Source: Tubiluchus corallicola
Taxonomy: Eukaryota; Animalia; Priapulida
NCBI GenBank assembly: GCA_030141605.1
Contig: JAQGDQ010000996.1
Coordinates: 7,556-71,555, forward strand
Reading direction: 5' to 3'
Length of the DNA: 64,000 bases
The notes below the pieces were generated by a model. It was not told where the DNA came from. It ran no database searches and was given only the letters and a program-made list of their open reading frames with translations. Positions 13,601 to 25,500 of the stretch are shown here, piece after piece. The first letter of the stretch is position 1; every line of letters begins with the position of its first letter. The translations under genes were made by a program, and so were the position numbers.

Positions 13601-16600
13601 AGCGACCTACCGTCAAAATGGCTGCGTCTAGCGTTCAAAACCCATCGTTTTGGTGAGTCCGCATGCGTTGGTGTAGCTCAGAGAGGAAGCTGACATTGTG
13701 TAAATGTATTTACGCATTAAATTACTCCTGATAGTTTTGCAAATTTACACAGTTAAGGAAAACGAGTCATATTCTTAGCTTTTCGCGACAGTGTCAGTGA
13801 GTTTTTGCTTGCTGTGCGTAAATTTCAATACAAATTTTGTTAGGCCAAAATAGCAAAGAATGATTCGATAAGATTACCACATGCCATACTCTAGACCACA
13901 AGACTCAATAATAATGATCGGTGGCAGCCATTTACCTGGACTTAGCTTAATCTCATAGCCTTGATCAAATATATTAGTTTGCAATCCGAAGCATTGTGTT
14001 ACTTGCTTATTGTATTTTTTGCCCAACTGCCTGCTGATTCCCTGGATATGTCATTTTAGAGCGCCATTTGCCGTTGCTGTGAATCCGTTTTTTAATAAAC
14101 ATTTCATATACCAGCTCTAATTCTATTATGACGTGAAAGTGTAAGAACTGGCTAAAAATTCTTTAATTCTCTAAGGCTGGCATGGCAGCGAAATAGACCT
14201 CTTTATAGAGTTATGCTGAAATGTTATTTTATGTGTGCTGACTCCTGGCCATACTGTCCTGTGTAATCATATGTTGCTGAAGATGTTTGTGCCCTTTTCA
14301 ATAACAAATCACTTTAAATTTTCATTTTATTCCCTCCTCAATCAAAGCGTTCAATAGCTAACTCTGAACACTTTTCAACTTTCTTAAGCTTTATTTCCCT
14401 TGTACCATTTAGATTTATATGTGCAGCTGAATTAATTTTTATAGTTGCCAATTTGTTGTGCCAATTGCTTTTACTAATCTGTGCAAAGCTGGAATGACAA
14501 ATTTCGTGCATCTCGTGTAGTATATATGACCAATAAAGATGTCTATTCTATAGCTATGTAGAAATACACTCATATTTCGGTTTGTCGTACAAAAACGACT
14601 GGAAACATCAGGCCGAATTTGCCGTATTTACCGATACTAAGCTAATACAGTAGGCGCCGTGTATAAGACTCACGGTAATGTAGAATCAACCGACTAATTG
14701 TCTCATTTGCGTCCGTGTAAAAAGTACAATTATAAACTGTCGGCAGTTGACTCAAGTAACTCAGCATAATTGACTCTATATTTTTATATATTAACATATG
14801 CACGTGGCTACAGTGATGTAATGATGTAAACAAAGTCACGGCCCGCCTACTAGCGGTCAGCTCGCAAAACAACGGACTGTGTCCGTAGTATGCGGGACTT
14901 TTCATTGTCCAGATTTTGTTGAATTCTTCCGATATCCGTAAATCGAGGTCCGACAAACCGAGATATGAGTGTACATAATACTGCTTCACGTCTTAATATT
15001 TGCAAAATGCAGAAGTAACTGGAATTCTGTATGTTATTATATAATGGAGTCAAAGTGTTAACGGGTTAGCTGTGTTACTGTCGCTTCGTGTTCAGACACG
15101 CTCTCTTATTGCTTCCTAGAAGAGGAATCTCCTAGCGGAATTCCCGAATTCTGGCTGACGATCTTTAAGAACGTAGAACTGACAGCTGAAATGATTCAAG
15201 ATCACGACGAACCAATTCTGAAACATTTACAAGACGTAAAGGTGAACTTCAGTGAAAAAGACCCAATGGTATGTCTTTGCTTTTTGATTTAACTGTGCAG
15301 TCAACCTCGGATATAAGGAACACCTCCGGACCGAACAAAATCGTCCCTTATATTGGATGTTCCTTATAGCCGAAGTTGAGTCAGACCGAGGGTGTATCTG
15401 GACCTGTACTTTTCTGTACTTTTACCCATATTTTTTGGATTATTGCTACGCATTCAGTGTAAACGGTATGTAGGAAGCTCCTTCAGTGATGCGAGATGTA
15501 AGTGACCGCGGAAACCGAGTCGTTCGAAGGCCGAGTTTGAGAAAAAATTTCGCTTTGATCATAGGGACCTTTATATGCGAGGTAATTTACCTGGGTTTCT
15601 GTTATGCGGGATCTGAAAATATCATCCCTTATAACCAAAAGTCCCTTATATCCGAGTACCTTGTATATGAAGATTTTTACATAGGAAAAACATTACAAAA
15701 AATCGGGCCTGGTGTTAATGGTCCCTTATCAGCGAGTGTCCCTTATACCCGAAGTTGACTGTATATTAGAGCACCAACTGCAAGCAAAAGTACTATGTTA
15801 CCAAAATTATTTTAATCGTTGACTGGCTACGTTTATTTTGACTGGAGACTAAAATTTTGTAACCTTTCGAAATTGATACGTTGCAGGCAGGCCTGGATTG
15901 TGACCCGTAGGCTAATGAATTTATAGGGCCCCTCACCCTCTACGTCACTCCCACCCGTCTTGAATGTTTTTTACTGTTTTAGCGCATTTACATAGCTTGA
16001 AGTAAACTGGAATACGTATCATTTGTTTATCAATAAAAATATTTTTTAAGAAATACCACTTCGCTATTTATTGCAAACCAAATGAGCACGTTTCTACACA
16101 ATCGTAGTAGAATTTTTTTACCAAAGCTTGTGCCCTGGGTTGCAGCCTATATTAGCTTATAAGATAATTCTGCCCTGCTGCAGCGGCATACTTACCTCTC
16201 AGATCCAGATATCCCAGGTAAGTATCCAGATCCAAGCAATTAGGGTAAATACGTATAAACACGGTGCCTAGAGATACAACTGGCAAATTTCTCGACACTA
16301 TCTCCATCTAGTCTTCTATCTTTCTGTGGATTACTGTAGAGTACTCATCTTAAATTTGTTGGGTTACTAACGCATGACGGAGAAAACAGTTTATCGTTTT
16401 GCATTTGCAGTTTACATGTTTATCGTTTTGCATTTGCAGTTTACATGTTTATCGTTTTGCATTTGCAGTTTACATGTTTATCGTTTTGCATTTGCAGTTT
16501 ACATGTTTATCGTTTTGCATTTACTATTTGCAGGGCTTCACGCTAGAGTTCCATTTCTCTCCTAATGACTATTTCTCAAACACCGTATTGACTAAGCAGT

Positions 16601-19600
16601 ACACGATGAAGTGCAAGGCGGACCAGAAGCAACCGTTCAGTTTCGACGGGCCAGAAATTATACGTTGCAAAGGGTATGTATTATGAACGCAGATTGGGTT
16701 TCTGACTCTAAAGCGAGTTTGGTAATAGAGGTACAGTCGGAAGAAGTTAATTCATTACTCACACATTGTAATTATCGTAGACTTAATAAAGTATGCAAAA
16801 TTCTACCTATAAGAGTATATAGGAGCGATATCTGAGCGTCCCGTGCGAAGAAGGATGTTATTATGCGGCGACCTGTTGCAAGGTTACATATTTGGCAAAG
16901 TACAGTATGTAAACGCTTCAACTTAATTAATACTATATGACAGTTAAACATGGGGCAGTCAGCTCACTCGTATGACTACAGAATAACTCAAGCATACAAT
17001 AATGATTCAAGTTCATTCAACAGACTAAAATCTACTTTAGCAGCTGTACTTGCAGAGTGGTTGTGACTAAACAATTGACTTTAACTTTCACTGTGACTTT
17101 GACTAAAAAGAGGTGAATCTAGGAAACGGGATTTAAATTTCAATTGCGTATCATAAAAAATAGTAATAAAACCAAAACTACCATTTTTCATTTGTCGTCT
17201 GATGCAGAATTGTATATTTCTTGTTTTGTTTTATTTTGCTTTGCTGAATTTATAATTTCTTTTTACTTTACATTTATGCATGTTTTTGTTTTGATAATTT
17301 TCTTTAGATTTGCTACATGTATAATGTAAAACTATATACTCATTTGCCAACCCAACAAATTTTACTAATAATAAGGGTGGCTGATTTAAATAACTATTTA
17401 GTCTTTCGCCACCCCTCTCTTGAATTGTATTTTTTAATTTAGTAATAACTTTGAGTGTGATATGTGCAAAAGGGAAAATCAAATGAATCTGAATCTGTGG
17501 TTACTGAAAAATGTCGTGAAATAGTGCACTGGTTTTGTTAATTGAATTTTCTTAACAATAGTTTCAGTGGGAATAATTCTGGATCACGTGTAAATGGTTC
17601 TAAACTACTGCAGGTTTTATTATCCGTGGCCTACTATTAATAGCGTCATACGTACGACAATAGACTAAGACTGAATTCGTCTTTTTTCTGCAAATTTAAG
17701 GTCAAAAATTGATTGGAAACAGGGAAAAAACGTGACAGTGAAGTTGATGAAGAAGAAACAAAAACACAAATCAAAGGCTCAGACGCGATTTGTAACGAAG
17801 AGTGTACCTCAAGATTCGTTTTTCAACTTTTTTGAGCCGCCCGCTGGTGAGTGGATTTAGCAAGTGTTTCTACGTCTGATTATTTCGTAGGGGAAATTTC
17901 GATTACTTCTAATTGCACTTTTAGTTTGGGAATCGACGTTTACAGGAAAGGCTAAGCGTTTTGAGGAGTTTTGTTTATTTCAGTATCACAAGAGATATTA
18001 GAAGGATTTAGTAATAAACGTGTGATAGGTAGCTTGTGTAATTAGTTAAATCGCTTATAACGTGTGGGCGTTTTGAACACCCATTCTTCCACCAATGACA
18101 TCATTCATCGACTGAAGAAAAGCAGCGCACTGGCAATTTGACTTATTTTACTTTATTTCACAATCATTTAAAAACATACATTATAAAATAAATGATAAAA
18201 TAGTAAAACACGAATGTGGGAAGAGACGTAAAGAGACAAGCTACTTACATGTGCCTGTCATACAGAAACCATTTATCAAAATTCAAAAACCACATTAAGA
18301 ATTCAATTAGAATTAGCTTAAGCAATATGCGCTTTCGAAAAGCCACGATGCCACTTTATGAAAACTCACAATCTCCTCTAGTCGTGTCAGTTTTCAAGTG
18401 AATGACAGACACCACAGCGGTAGTATAAATTAACTTTATGTTTTACTGACAGTCTTTTGCTAATTTCTTAGTTGTATTTTTCTAAGTTTACGTGATAATA
18501 ATAAAATGAATCCTACGTGCTGTGTTACTTGTCCTTCCCTTTAAGGTTTATATGTTTGCAGTTAGAATATATTAATTTTATTCACTTGTAAATTGTAAGA
18601 AACGTAGGAAGTTAAATCTAATTCCAGCAAAACTATGTCTGTTTCTCATTATCTGTGATTCTCAAACTAGGTGCTGCTATAGCATCATTGGATTCCACTT
18701 GTGTGGGACGATTCGTGTAAAAAAATGTGGATCACAATTTATCAGCTGTTTTCTTAATATCGTAACTATAAGTCTTGTTGAACAGTATCTGCGTCGTTGC
18801 TACTCTCCTTCTGATATGCAGTAAAATATATATAACTCGAACACCTCCGGACTCGAAAATTATGCGAAAGTTCGAGTTAGACAACGTTTTCGTAAGAAAA
18901 CAAGATCGAGTCACTCATCAACGTCGTACAATACACTACTAACACTACAAGCTGTGGAAATGACAGACTGAGTATTTTAATAATAATAATAATAAAATGA
19001 CTAGTCCACCTCTATTGTAGTCTGAGTATCACGGTTAGTAAAATTCTGCAGCAATAATATTGTGATCTAGTTATTAAACTGCATTCGTTAAGCCATGTTG
19101 TGTTCAGCATGCAAAATCTTGGCAATTTAGCAGTTAAAATCGTAATGTGGTGCGCGCTTTCGTGTAAGGCTTCTTGCTTGGGATACTGTTCTAGATAGGC
19201 GGGGTAATTCCATTCAGATTTTTAAGAAATTTATTGGGAATTCGGTTCGAGTTACGCGATAATTTGAGTTACAGATTTCAAGTTGCGCGATGTTTATTAA
19301 AAACAAAAAGGAGAGGGAAAATCCGTTCCACGAGATCTGTTCGAGATACGGAAGAATTCGAGTCATACATAGTTTACTGTATTTTAAATTTTTGTGGATA
19401 TGCAATCTGCGTTTAATTTATTTCAAGCGCAAGCAACTCGATAAGACGGGCACTCTAAAGGTAAATTCACATGGCATTTTAAAGAGATCGAGAGTCACTC
19501 ACTTAAATTATTGCATGTTAAAAAACACAAACATGTGAATTGACTGCTATTAGCTATTCTGTTACAAGTCAACCGCAGGATAATATTATCCGGAGGTCGG

Positions 19601-21028
19601 TATTTTTCAAGCCGGAGCGTGGCACACGTGTCCTGCATCACTTATGCCCTCTATGTGACAAATGTATGCTTCGTTTTTAGTTCCAGACGCAGAAGACGCC
19701 GTAATTGACGAAGAAACGGAGTCGGTCCTGGCTGCCGATTTCGAGATCGGCCATTTCATCAGGGAGAGAATCGTGCCGAGAGCCGTTCTGTATTTCACCG
19801 GAGAGGCTGTGGAAGATGATGAAGATTATGATGAAGAAGGAGAAGAGGAAGAGGTAATTAGATGTTGATGCTGTATTATCACTTCATGTTGTTTCTTTCA
19901 TAAATGGTCATTTAAACGTCATAATTTACATTTAACGATGTTGTTAATGAAAGGAGCCTTTCTGATATTTGGCACTAATTTATGAAGCTGTTTCGTCAGG
20001 GTGCATTTATCCCGAAAATGTGTAAAATTTCTCGAAACGTTTTTGTTGACAAATTACGGCTTGTAAAACTTTGCTTGTGGAATATGGGAGAAGTTGCGGT
20101 TGCTGTTTTGCAGCCATTTTCGTTGAATCTTTAGTTGCCGTTGGCATAATTTACTCATCATGTGTGCCTTTTACCCCAAAGCATCTCCTCCACCTGCTTG
20201 TTTTTGCATTTGTGTGGGTCAATGATCTCTGTATTTCTAAATTTTTAAATGCTTTAAGAATCTTGAGAGTTTGTGAATGTCAAACTGTGATATTACCCAA
20301 GATTCGACTGGCGTTGCGTCGTCCTTTAACATGTCCCAACAGCCCAAATAAGGGAAACTGCGGTGTGATCACACGCACAAACTGCAGTCAGTGCCAGAAT
20401 TTCGACGCGAATCCCCCAAATCCATTTATTCACGTCAATGCCAGTTTACCGCAAATCTACTTAGATTCGCACAGGTTTTACCTGAATTTAAAAAAAATAA
20501 AGAAATACTGGTACTAACCTGACTTTTTTGCTCTTTACTAATACACACACTGCCTTTACTAATACACACGTTTCAAACTACACTCCAAGTATCATAAAGT
20601 TGCCAACGAGGTAGTGAACATGAAAACTATCAGATGGCACAGAGGAAGACGAATCAGAAAATGTTGAATATAAGATTATTGATTGAATTCTATAATAAAT
20701 CACTTTAAAGATTGAAGCTCGAAATGATTATAATTTCATTACTTAACAATTGAACCACGGTCCTCTGGATTCTTTGAAAAAACTGGAATTCTGGCAGAAT
20801 AATTGCAAATTCTGTGTTTTCTTTATAAGAACATCAATACGTAGGCATATACCGTAATGCTTTTTTGGAAGAATTGGCAGCTGTAAGAAAATAATTTATT
20901 GGATACCAAACTACCAAAATCTGATTAATATAATGTAACAATAGATATCTCTGTACGATTTTCAAGGTGAGAAGTGAAGAAAAACGATCAGATTATTTCC
21001 CAAGCCACAAGAATGTAAACAGCAGTAG
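7684..21028 (+). CDS. NAP1L1: Nucleosome assembly protein 1-like (NAP1L1/NAP1L4 family), multi-exon gene span
   Basis: Exons 7684-7910, 10202-10343, 11776-11853, 13067-13142, 15120-15268, 16534-16673, 17701-17846, 19681-19853 and probably 21005-21028, all GT-AG with consistent phases. Motifs [91 protein letters not shown] and C-terminal PQECKQQ. Candidate polyA signal AATAAA at 21925. Confidence 0.92.
7996..8726. mobile_element. hAT-like MITE in a NAP1 intron
   Basis: Ends TAGGGATG ... CATCCCTG; repeated (A)TACGATA subterminal motifs; TSD not clear. Confidence 0.5.
8812..9125 (+). repeat. Dispersed repeat, probable Kolobok-like MITE fragment; other copies at about 13260-13620 and 41360-41500
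   Basis: Shared T(T/A)AAGGGGA.GAAAAGGCAATTTTAAA start and internal CTTATTGACAA...CTTTTGCTTAG...GAAGT blocks. Confidence 0.6.
9638..9947. repeat. 31-bp minisatellite, about 10 copies
   Basis: Unit GTGGATCCAGTGTACGCCCTCCACAACTGAT; explains the repetitive minus-strand ORFs at 9503-9995. Confidence 0.95.
15298..15761. mobile_element. Tc1/mariner (pogo/Tigger-like) MITE, family A, copy 1
   Basis: TIRs CAGTCAACCTCGGATATAAGG ... CCTTATACCCGAAGTTGACTG followed by TA; highly similar to 23978-24425. Confidence 0.85.
16388..16522 (+). repeat. 29-bp tandem repeat (about 4.7 copies) abutting a NAP1 splice acceptor
   Basis: Unit GTTTATCGTTTTGCATTTGCAGTTTACAT. Confidence 0.95.
17940..18545. mobile_element. 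Kolobok-like non-autonomous element, copy 1
   Basis: Degenerate TIRs (TTACAGGAAAGGCTAAG ... CTTGTCCTTCCCTTTAA); shares the internal block TTTTGAACACCCAT...AAGAAAAGCAGCGCACTG with 42014-42817. Confidence 0.6.
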
Positions 21029-22059
21029 ACTTTTGAAAATGTGATTAAATGTTGACAATTTATAAGTCCGGGCACAGCTAAACGATCGACCATCACGTTG
21101 CTCGACTGCCATGAATAGTGTAGACAGAATTTAGTAACGATCCAGGATTTTGTAATAAGAACCGCAAAAAGAACTGTCGATGCCGTCAATATTCATAGCT
21201 AAGTGCGTTCTACCAAACAATTTAATTTCTTTGATTATCGATCGTTTAGTTCTGTCTGGATATGTTCGTTGTTGGTTGTTCTGTTTGCTGCATGTGGATA
21301 AATGTCACACACTGTATGTTTATATTGCTAGAGCGATACTTATTTCTGTATTTAGTGTAAAATCGGTTACATTTTGCTGCTGAGCTTTTAGAACAGTGCA
21401 GACTGCTTGGGGTAAGAAGTTACAGTACGTGGAAGTTGGTGGGTAGTAGAATTTGGCAACACTAGTTCTCAGTTGGCACGTTATAGAAGTTTATCTAAGT
21501 TTATCTAAAGTTGTGAATTGTATAAATACTAAATAATCGACTTTATTTTGCTACCCTGGACATCGGAGGTGTTCTGCACGAGTTTTGTGATAAGGTTCAC
21601 GCGTTTTCAGCGTGCGCCATATTTTTTAATGTCATATGTATTGCAATTGTTCAGTACGTTATTAAGTAGTATGCCATATTCGGTCATTTCAATTGATCAT
21701 GATGAAATGTTTTGTCACTGTTTTCATTCTCAAGTTTTTCTGCAGCTCTATGCTGTCGAGTCGTTTCTACGTCTCAGTGAAATGCAAAATACGCTCAACA
21801 GTGAAAATTGTTGAGTGGCCTAGACTCGACTATTTCCGGATGAGCGCTGTGTTTATCTGTCTAAAGCTTTAAAAATACTTGGGTTTCGCCGCGGTTCTCA
21901 AATGAATAGATGTAATGATCCTGAAATAAAAGATTGAGACGCTCAGCACTGTTTGTTTTTGTCAAATGTCTCTTGTTAAATAGTGAAACACGAAACTGTT
22001 AAACATTTGGAATGAGATGAACAGTTGAGTCATCACAGTGTGTACTTAAGAGCAATACC

Positions 22060-22426
22060 AGCCAAAGTTAAGCACAACTCAGCCTGATCACTTAATAGAC
22101 AGGTGGCTGCTTGTGGTTGTTTTCATCTACCCTCCTGCCAATTTACGTAGAGGAAGGACATAGGAGCTTGGCTAAGGCACCTCTGCTAGTTCAGTGCCTC
22201 AGTCTAGAGGCTTATCCTTCAATGTGGCCCTGCCTTACCACATTTACCTACATTTTCAGCATAACAGTGGTGAATTCTGGCTTGCCATTTAGCAAGCCCT
22301 TTAGGAGGTGAACAGTCAGAATGAGCACGGCAAATAAAAATGCCCAGAGCAGGTATTCAACTCCGGCTCTCGCAGCTTAACTCCGATCGCGTAGCATGCA
22401 CGCGTGACCACTTAGCTCTCCATCCC
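22060..22426. mobile_element. Degenerate SINE-like sequences: 5S-like segment on + (about 22060-22115) and tRNA-like head on - (22426-22343)
   Basis: Minus strand has A-box-like GAGCTAAGTGG and B-box-like AGTTGAATACC; plus strand AAGTTAAGCA...GCCTGATCA resembles the 5S internal control region; the body at 22147-22210 recurs inverted at about 63850-63925. Confidence 0.45.
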
Positions 22427-22536
22427 ATTTCAAAATATATTGTTCATTCAGTACTACTCTCAGCAAATTAGACAGTAATCAGACTATAACTAAAGTTAAT
22501 TCTAGTTAAAAATCACATTTCTTCAACAATAAATTG

Positions 22537-25500
22537 TCAATAATCTCGGATAATTTTCAAGTTATCGAGCTGTAGGTCAGTTCTGGATGGATACACGACT
22601 TTGAGGTGTTCATTTGAGTCGATAACTCGAACCTGTTCGATGACAATTGTCCCCATCTGTTGGCAGGATTCAGAAGGTTCGTCGTTTGCTTCTACGTCTG
22701 ACCAGACTTCGTTATTGAGCATCTCCAATACAAGCGACTCCATAACTTTCTTGCATATTTGCATATCTTTCGTGCTAGTAACTTCGACAAAAATATCTTT
22801 GGTACTTCGCGAAATCTGAAAACACTAGAATGTTAATCTGTTACTCGATTTAGACTGTTTTTTTTACTCTCTAATCTATAATCAACTCTTTCACACAACT
22901 GAAAATGTTTAAGTCAAATTTATGAAGTTCTGAAATTGAATGATTCATTAACTCCTTCAGGACCCTATGCATTGCTGCATTTTGCGTGGGTTCAAGAAAA
23001 AACTGCTCTCACTAAGCAATGATTACATTATATTTGATAATTTTTGTAGGTTTCCATTCCTCGCGCAATGGATTTTCATTCAAAATTATACACAAAATGC
23101 ATTTGCTTACCTTATACAAACTAAAAATCGACTTTTGACTAAAAAATTGAAAAACGCTTTCAGTAACTGCAGTGTTTGCACTGTAACAATGTACAGTATC
23201 ACTTTTGTGAAATTAGCTAATGCAGAAAATTTCAACTATCTAGACATAACACTCTGATAAACTTTGGCTTCAAGTCTACCTTATTTAAGGAGAAATTCCT
23301 GTTAAAAAATAAAATGACCTTAATTTCTCCTAAGCTGATGGGTTGACTTTTCCTGGAACTCAACTTTCCTCCTTTAACTCCTGCACAGCAGACAGTTCTC
23401 TTAGGCTGCTGCAAACAGTCGATCAATGAAATAGTGTGTACGATTACGTGTACACCAGACTAAGCTACTCAATAGGCCAAGTTATGGTGCCTGAAAAGGG
23501 TGAGTTTTTCTTAATTTTATCGAATTAAATCGCTTATAAATGTTTAAACAAACACAATGACTGGATAACCGAGGTTCTGAATAGTATCTAATTTGTAATC
23601 ATTTAGTTATGCCTGTGCTCATACAGTAGCAGAAAAGTCATAGGTCTTACAAGGTATATTTTGAATGGTATGGTCCTGAAGGAGTTAAAACAAAAGTTTG
23701 CATTAATCTACTCAGAGAACATACTTTTGTGACGTCAGAGTTGACCAGCGGTGGAAGAGAAATGACTCGTTCTTCATCGTCCACCATGAAGGCAAATTCA
23801 TTTTTACCTTGCAGCAAATACAGATACCTGTGTGCAGAAATGAAGTGTTACTTGTGCAAAGAAAAAAAGGTCAGCAGAATATCAATGCTGTACTAAAATT
23901 ATTGTTTGACAAATGGCATCGTATTCACTCACTAGACCGGCGACCACTCTTCTGGAGGTAAAGAAATAAATTGAATACAGTCAACCTCGTATATAAGAGA
24001 CACCTCGGGACCGGAAAAAACTGTCCCTTATAGCTAAAGTTGAGTCAGACCGAGAGTGTATCTAGACCCGTATTTTTCTGTACTTTTACCTACATTTTTA
24101 TGATTTATTGCTACACATTCAATGCAAACGGTATGTCGGAAGCTCCATCAGTGGTGCGAGATGTATGTGACCGCGGAAATTGAGCTGTTTGAAGCCGAGT
24201 TTGCAAAAAAATGAGGTTAAAAATCGATAAATTTCGCTTTGATCATAGGGTCCTTTTATGCGAGGTAATTTACCCGGGTTTCTATTACGCAGGACCTGAA
24301 GATATCGTCCCTTATAAGCAAGTACCTTATATACGAAGATTTTTACATAGGAAAAACGTTACGAAAAATCAAGACCGGTGTTGGTGGTCCCTTATAAGCG
24401 AGTACCTTATACCCGAGGTTGACTATATTCAATATTTAAATATTTAATTAAATAAATATTAATATATTGGGTAATTACTATTTGCACAATACATACACTG
24501 CTTACAAACATGTAAATACATGCATATGTACCACAGTAAAACATATACTACGTTACTAACAACACAATGATAAAAGTTAATTTAAACTAAAGACAAAAAT
24601 ATCAAACTTTGATGTGTAGACTCGATGGTATAACATAAACGTACATACATTCAAGGTAGTTACATCCACCTATTTAATTTACATAAATGATCTTAGTCAT
24701 GTAGTTCATTTTCAAATTTATAATAATTACCTACTGGTACTAAAACAGTTTAAGACAAAATTACAAGCAATTTTAAGAGTTTCTGAATCGTTTGAGTCTA
24801 ATAATTTTTGTTTGACATCATGTGATAATTAACAAAGTTTGCACATATAGAACTATTTTCTGTATAAAGGGTGCTTCTTAGCTGTTCAGAACCCCAGTGG
24901 AGTTGGTTGCTTGAAACTAGAGATACCGATACTGGACCACATTAGTCTTCAGACCCTGTTCCATACAATACACTGTTTTTTTCCCTAAATTATGTAAGCA
25001 TTGCTCAACTTACAAATCAAGAATCTTCTGTTCTATGCATTACACAAAATCTTGGCATGTACCTGCAATCTTCGACTGTTTAAAGGCAGGACTTCTCTTA
25101 CCTTACCTTAGACCTTAGTCCTTCCTGCGCATTGATGCACATTGGGCAGACAGCATTTTCCACTGAGTTCTATCGGCGGCTTCGTTCTCTACGTTTTCCC
25201 AACGTATGTTGACAGCTCGAAGGTCTTCTTTGAAGGATCTGCGCCACGTTGTTTTTGGCCGACCTCTTTTTCGTTTCCCACCAGGTGGTTCCCACTGTAC
25301 TGCTGTTTTGGCGTAACGACTTTCTGATAGACGGAGAATATGTCCAGCCAGTTTCATTCTTCTCTCTGTAACTATATCTTGTAACCGCAATGACTGCGCT
25401 CGTTGAAGAACTTCTACATTGGTGACATGGTCGCGGTAGGAGATTTTTAGTATCTTTCGAAGGCATTTTTGGTGGAAGACGTTCAGTTTCTTTGATAACT

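Noticed and set aside
20071-20517. 148-aa + strand ORF in the last NAP1 intron
   Set aside because: Non-ATG start, no domain, and no clear splice sites linking it to NAP1
25063-25098. Putative 34-nt LRRC47 mini-exon disrupted by the RTE (tgtag|AGAAG...GCAG|gtacat in the empty site)
   Set aside because: The flanking exons already join in frame and match LRRC47; the extra exon would shift the frame and has no support
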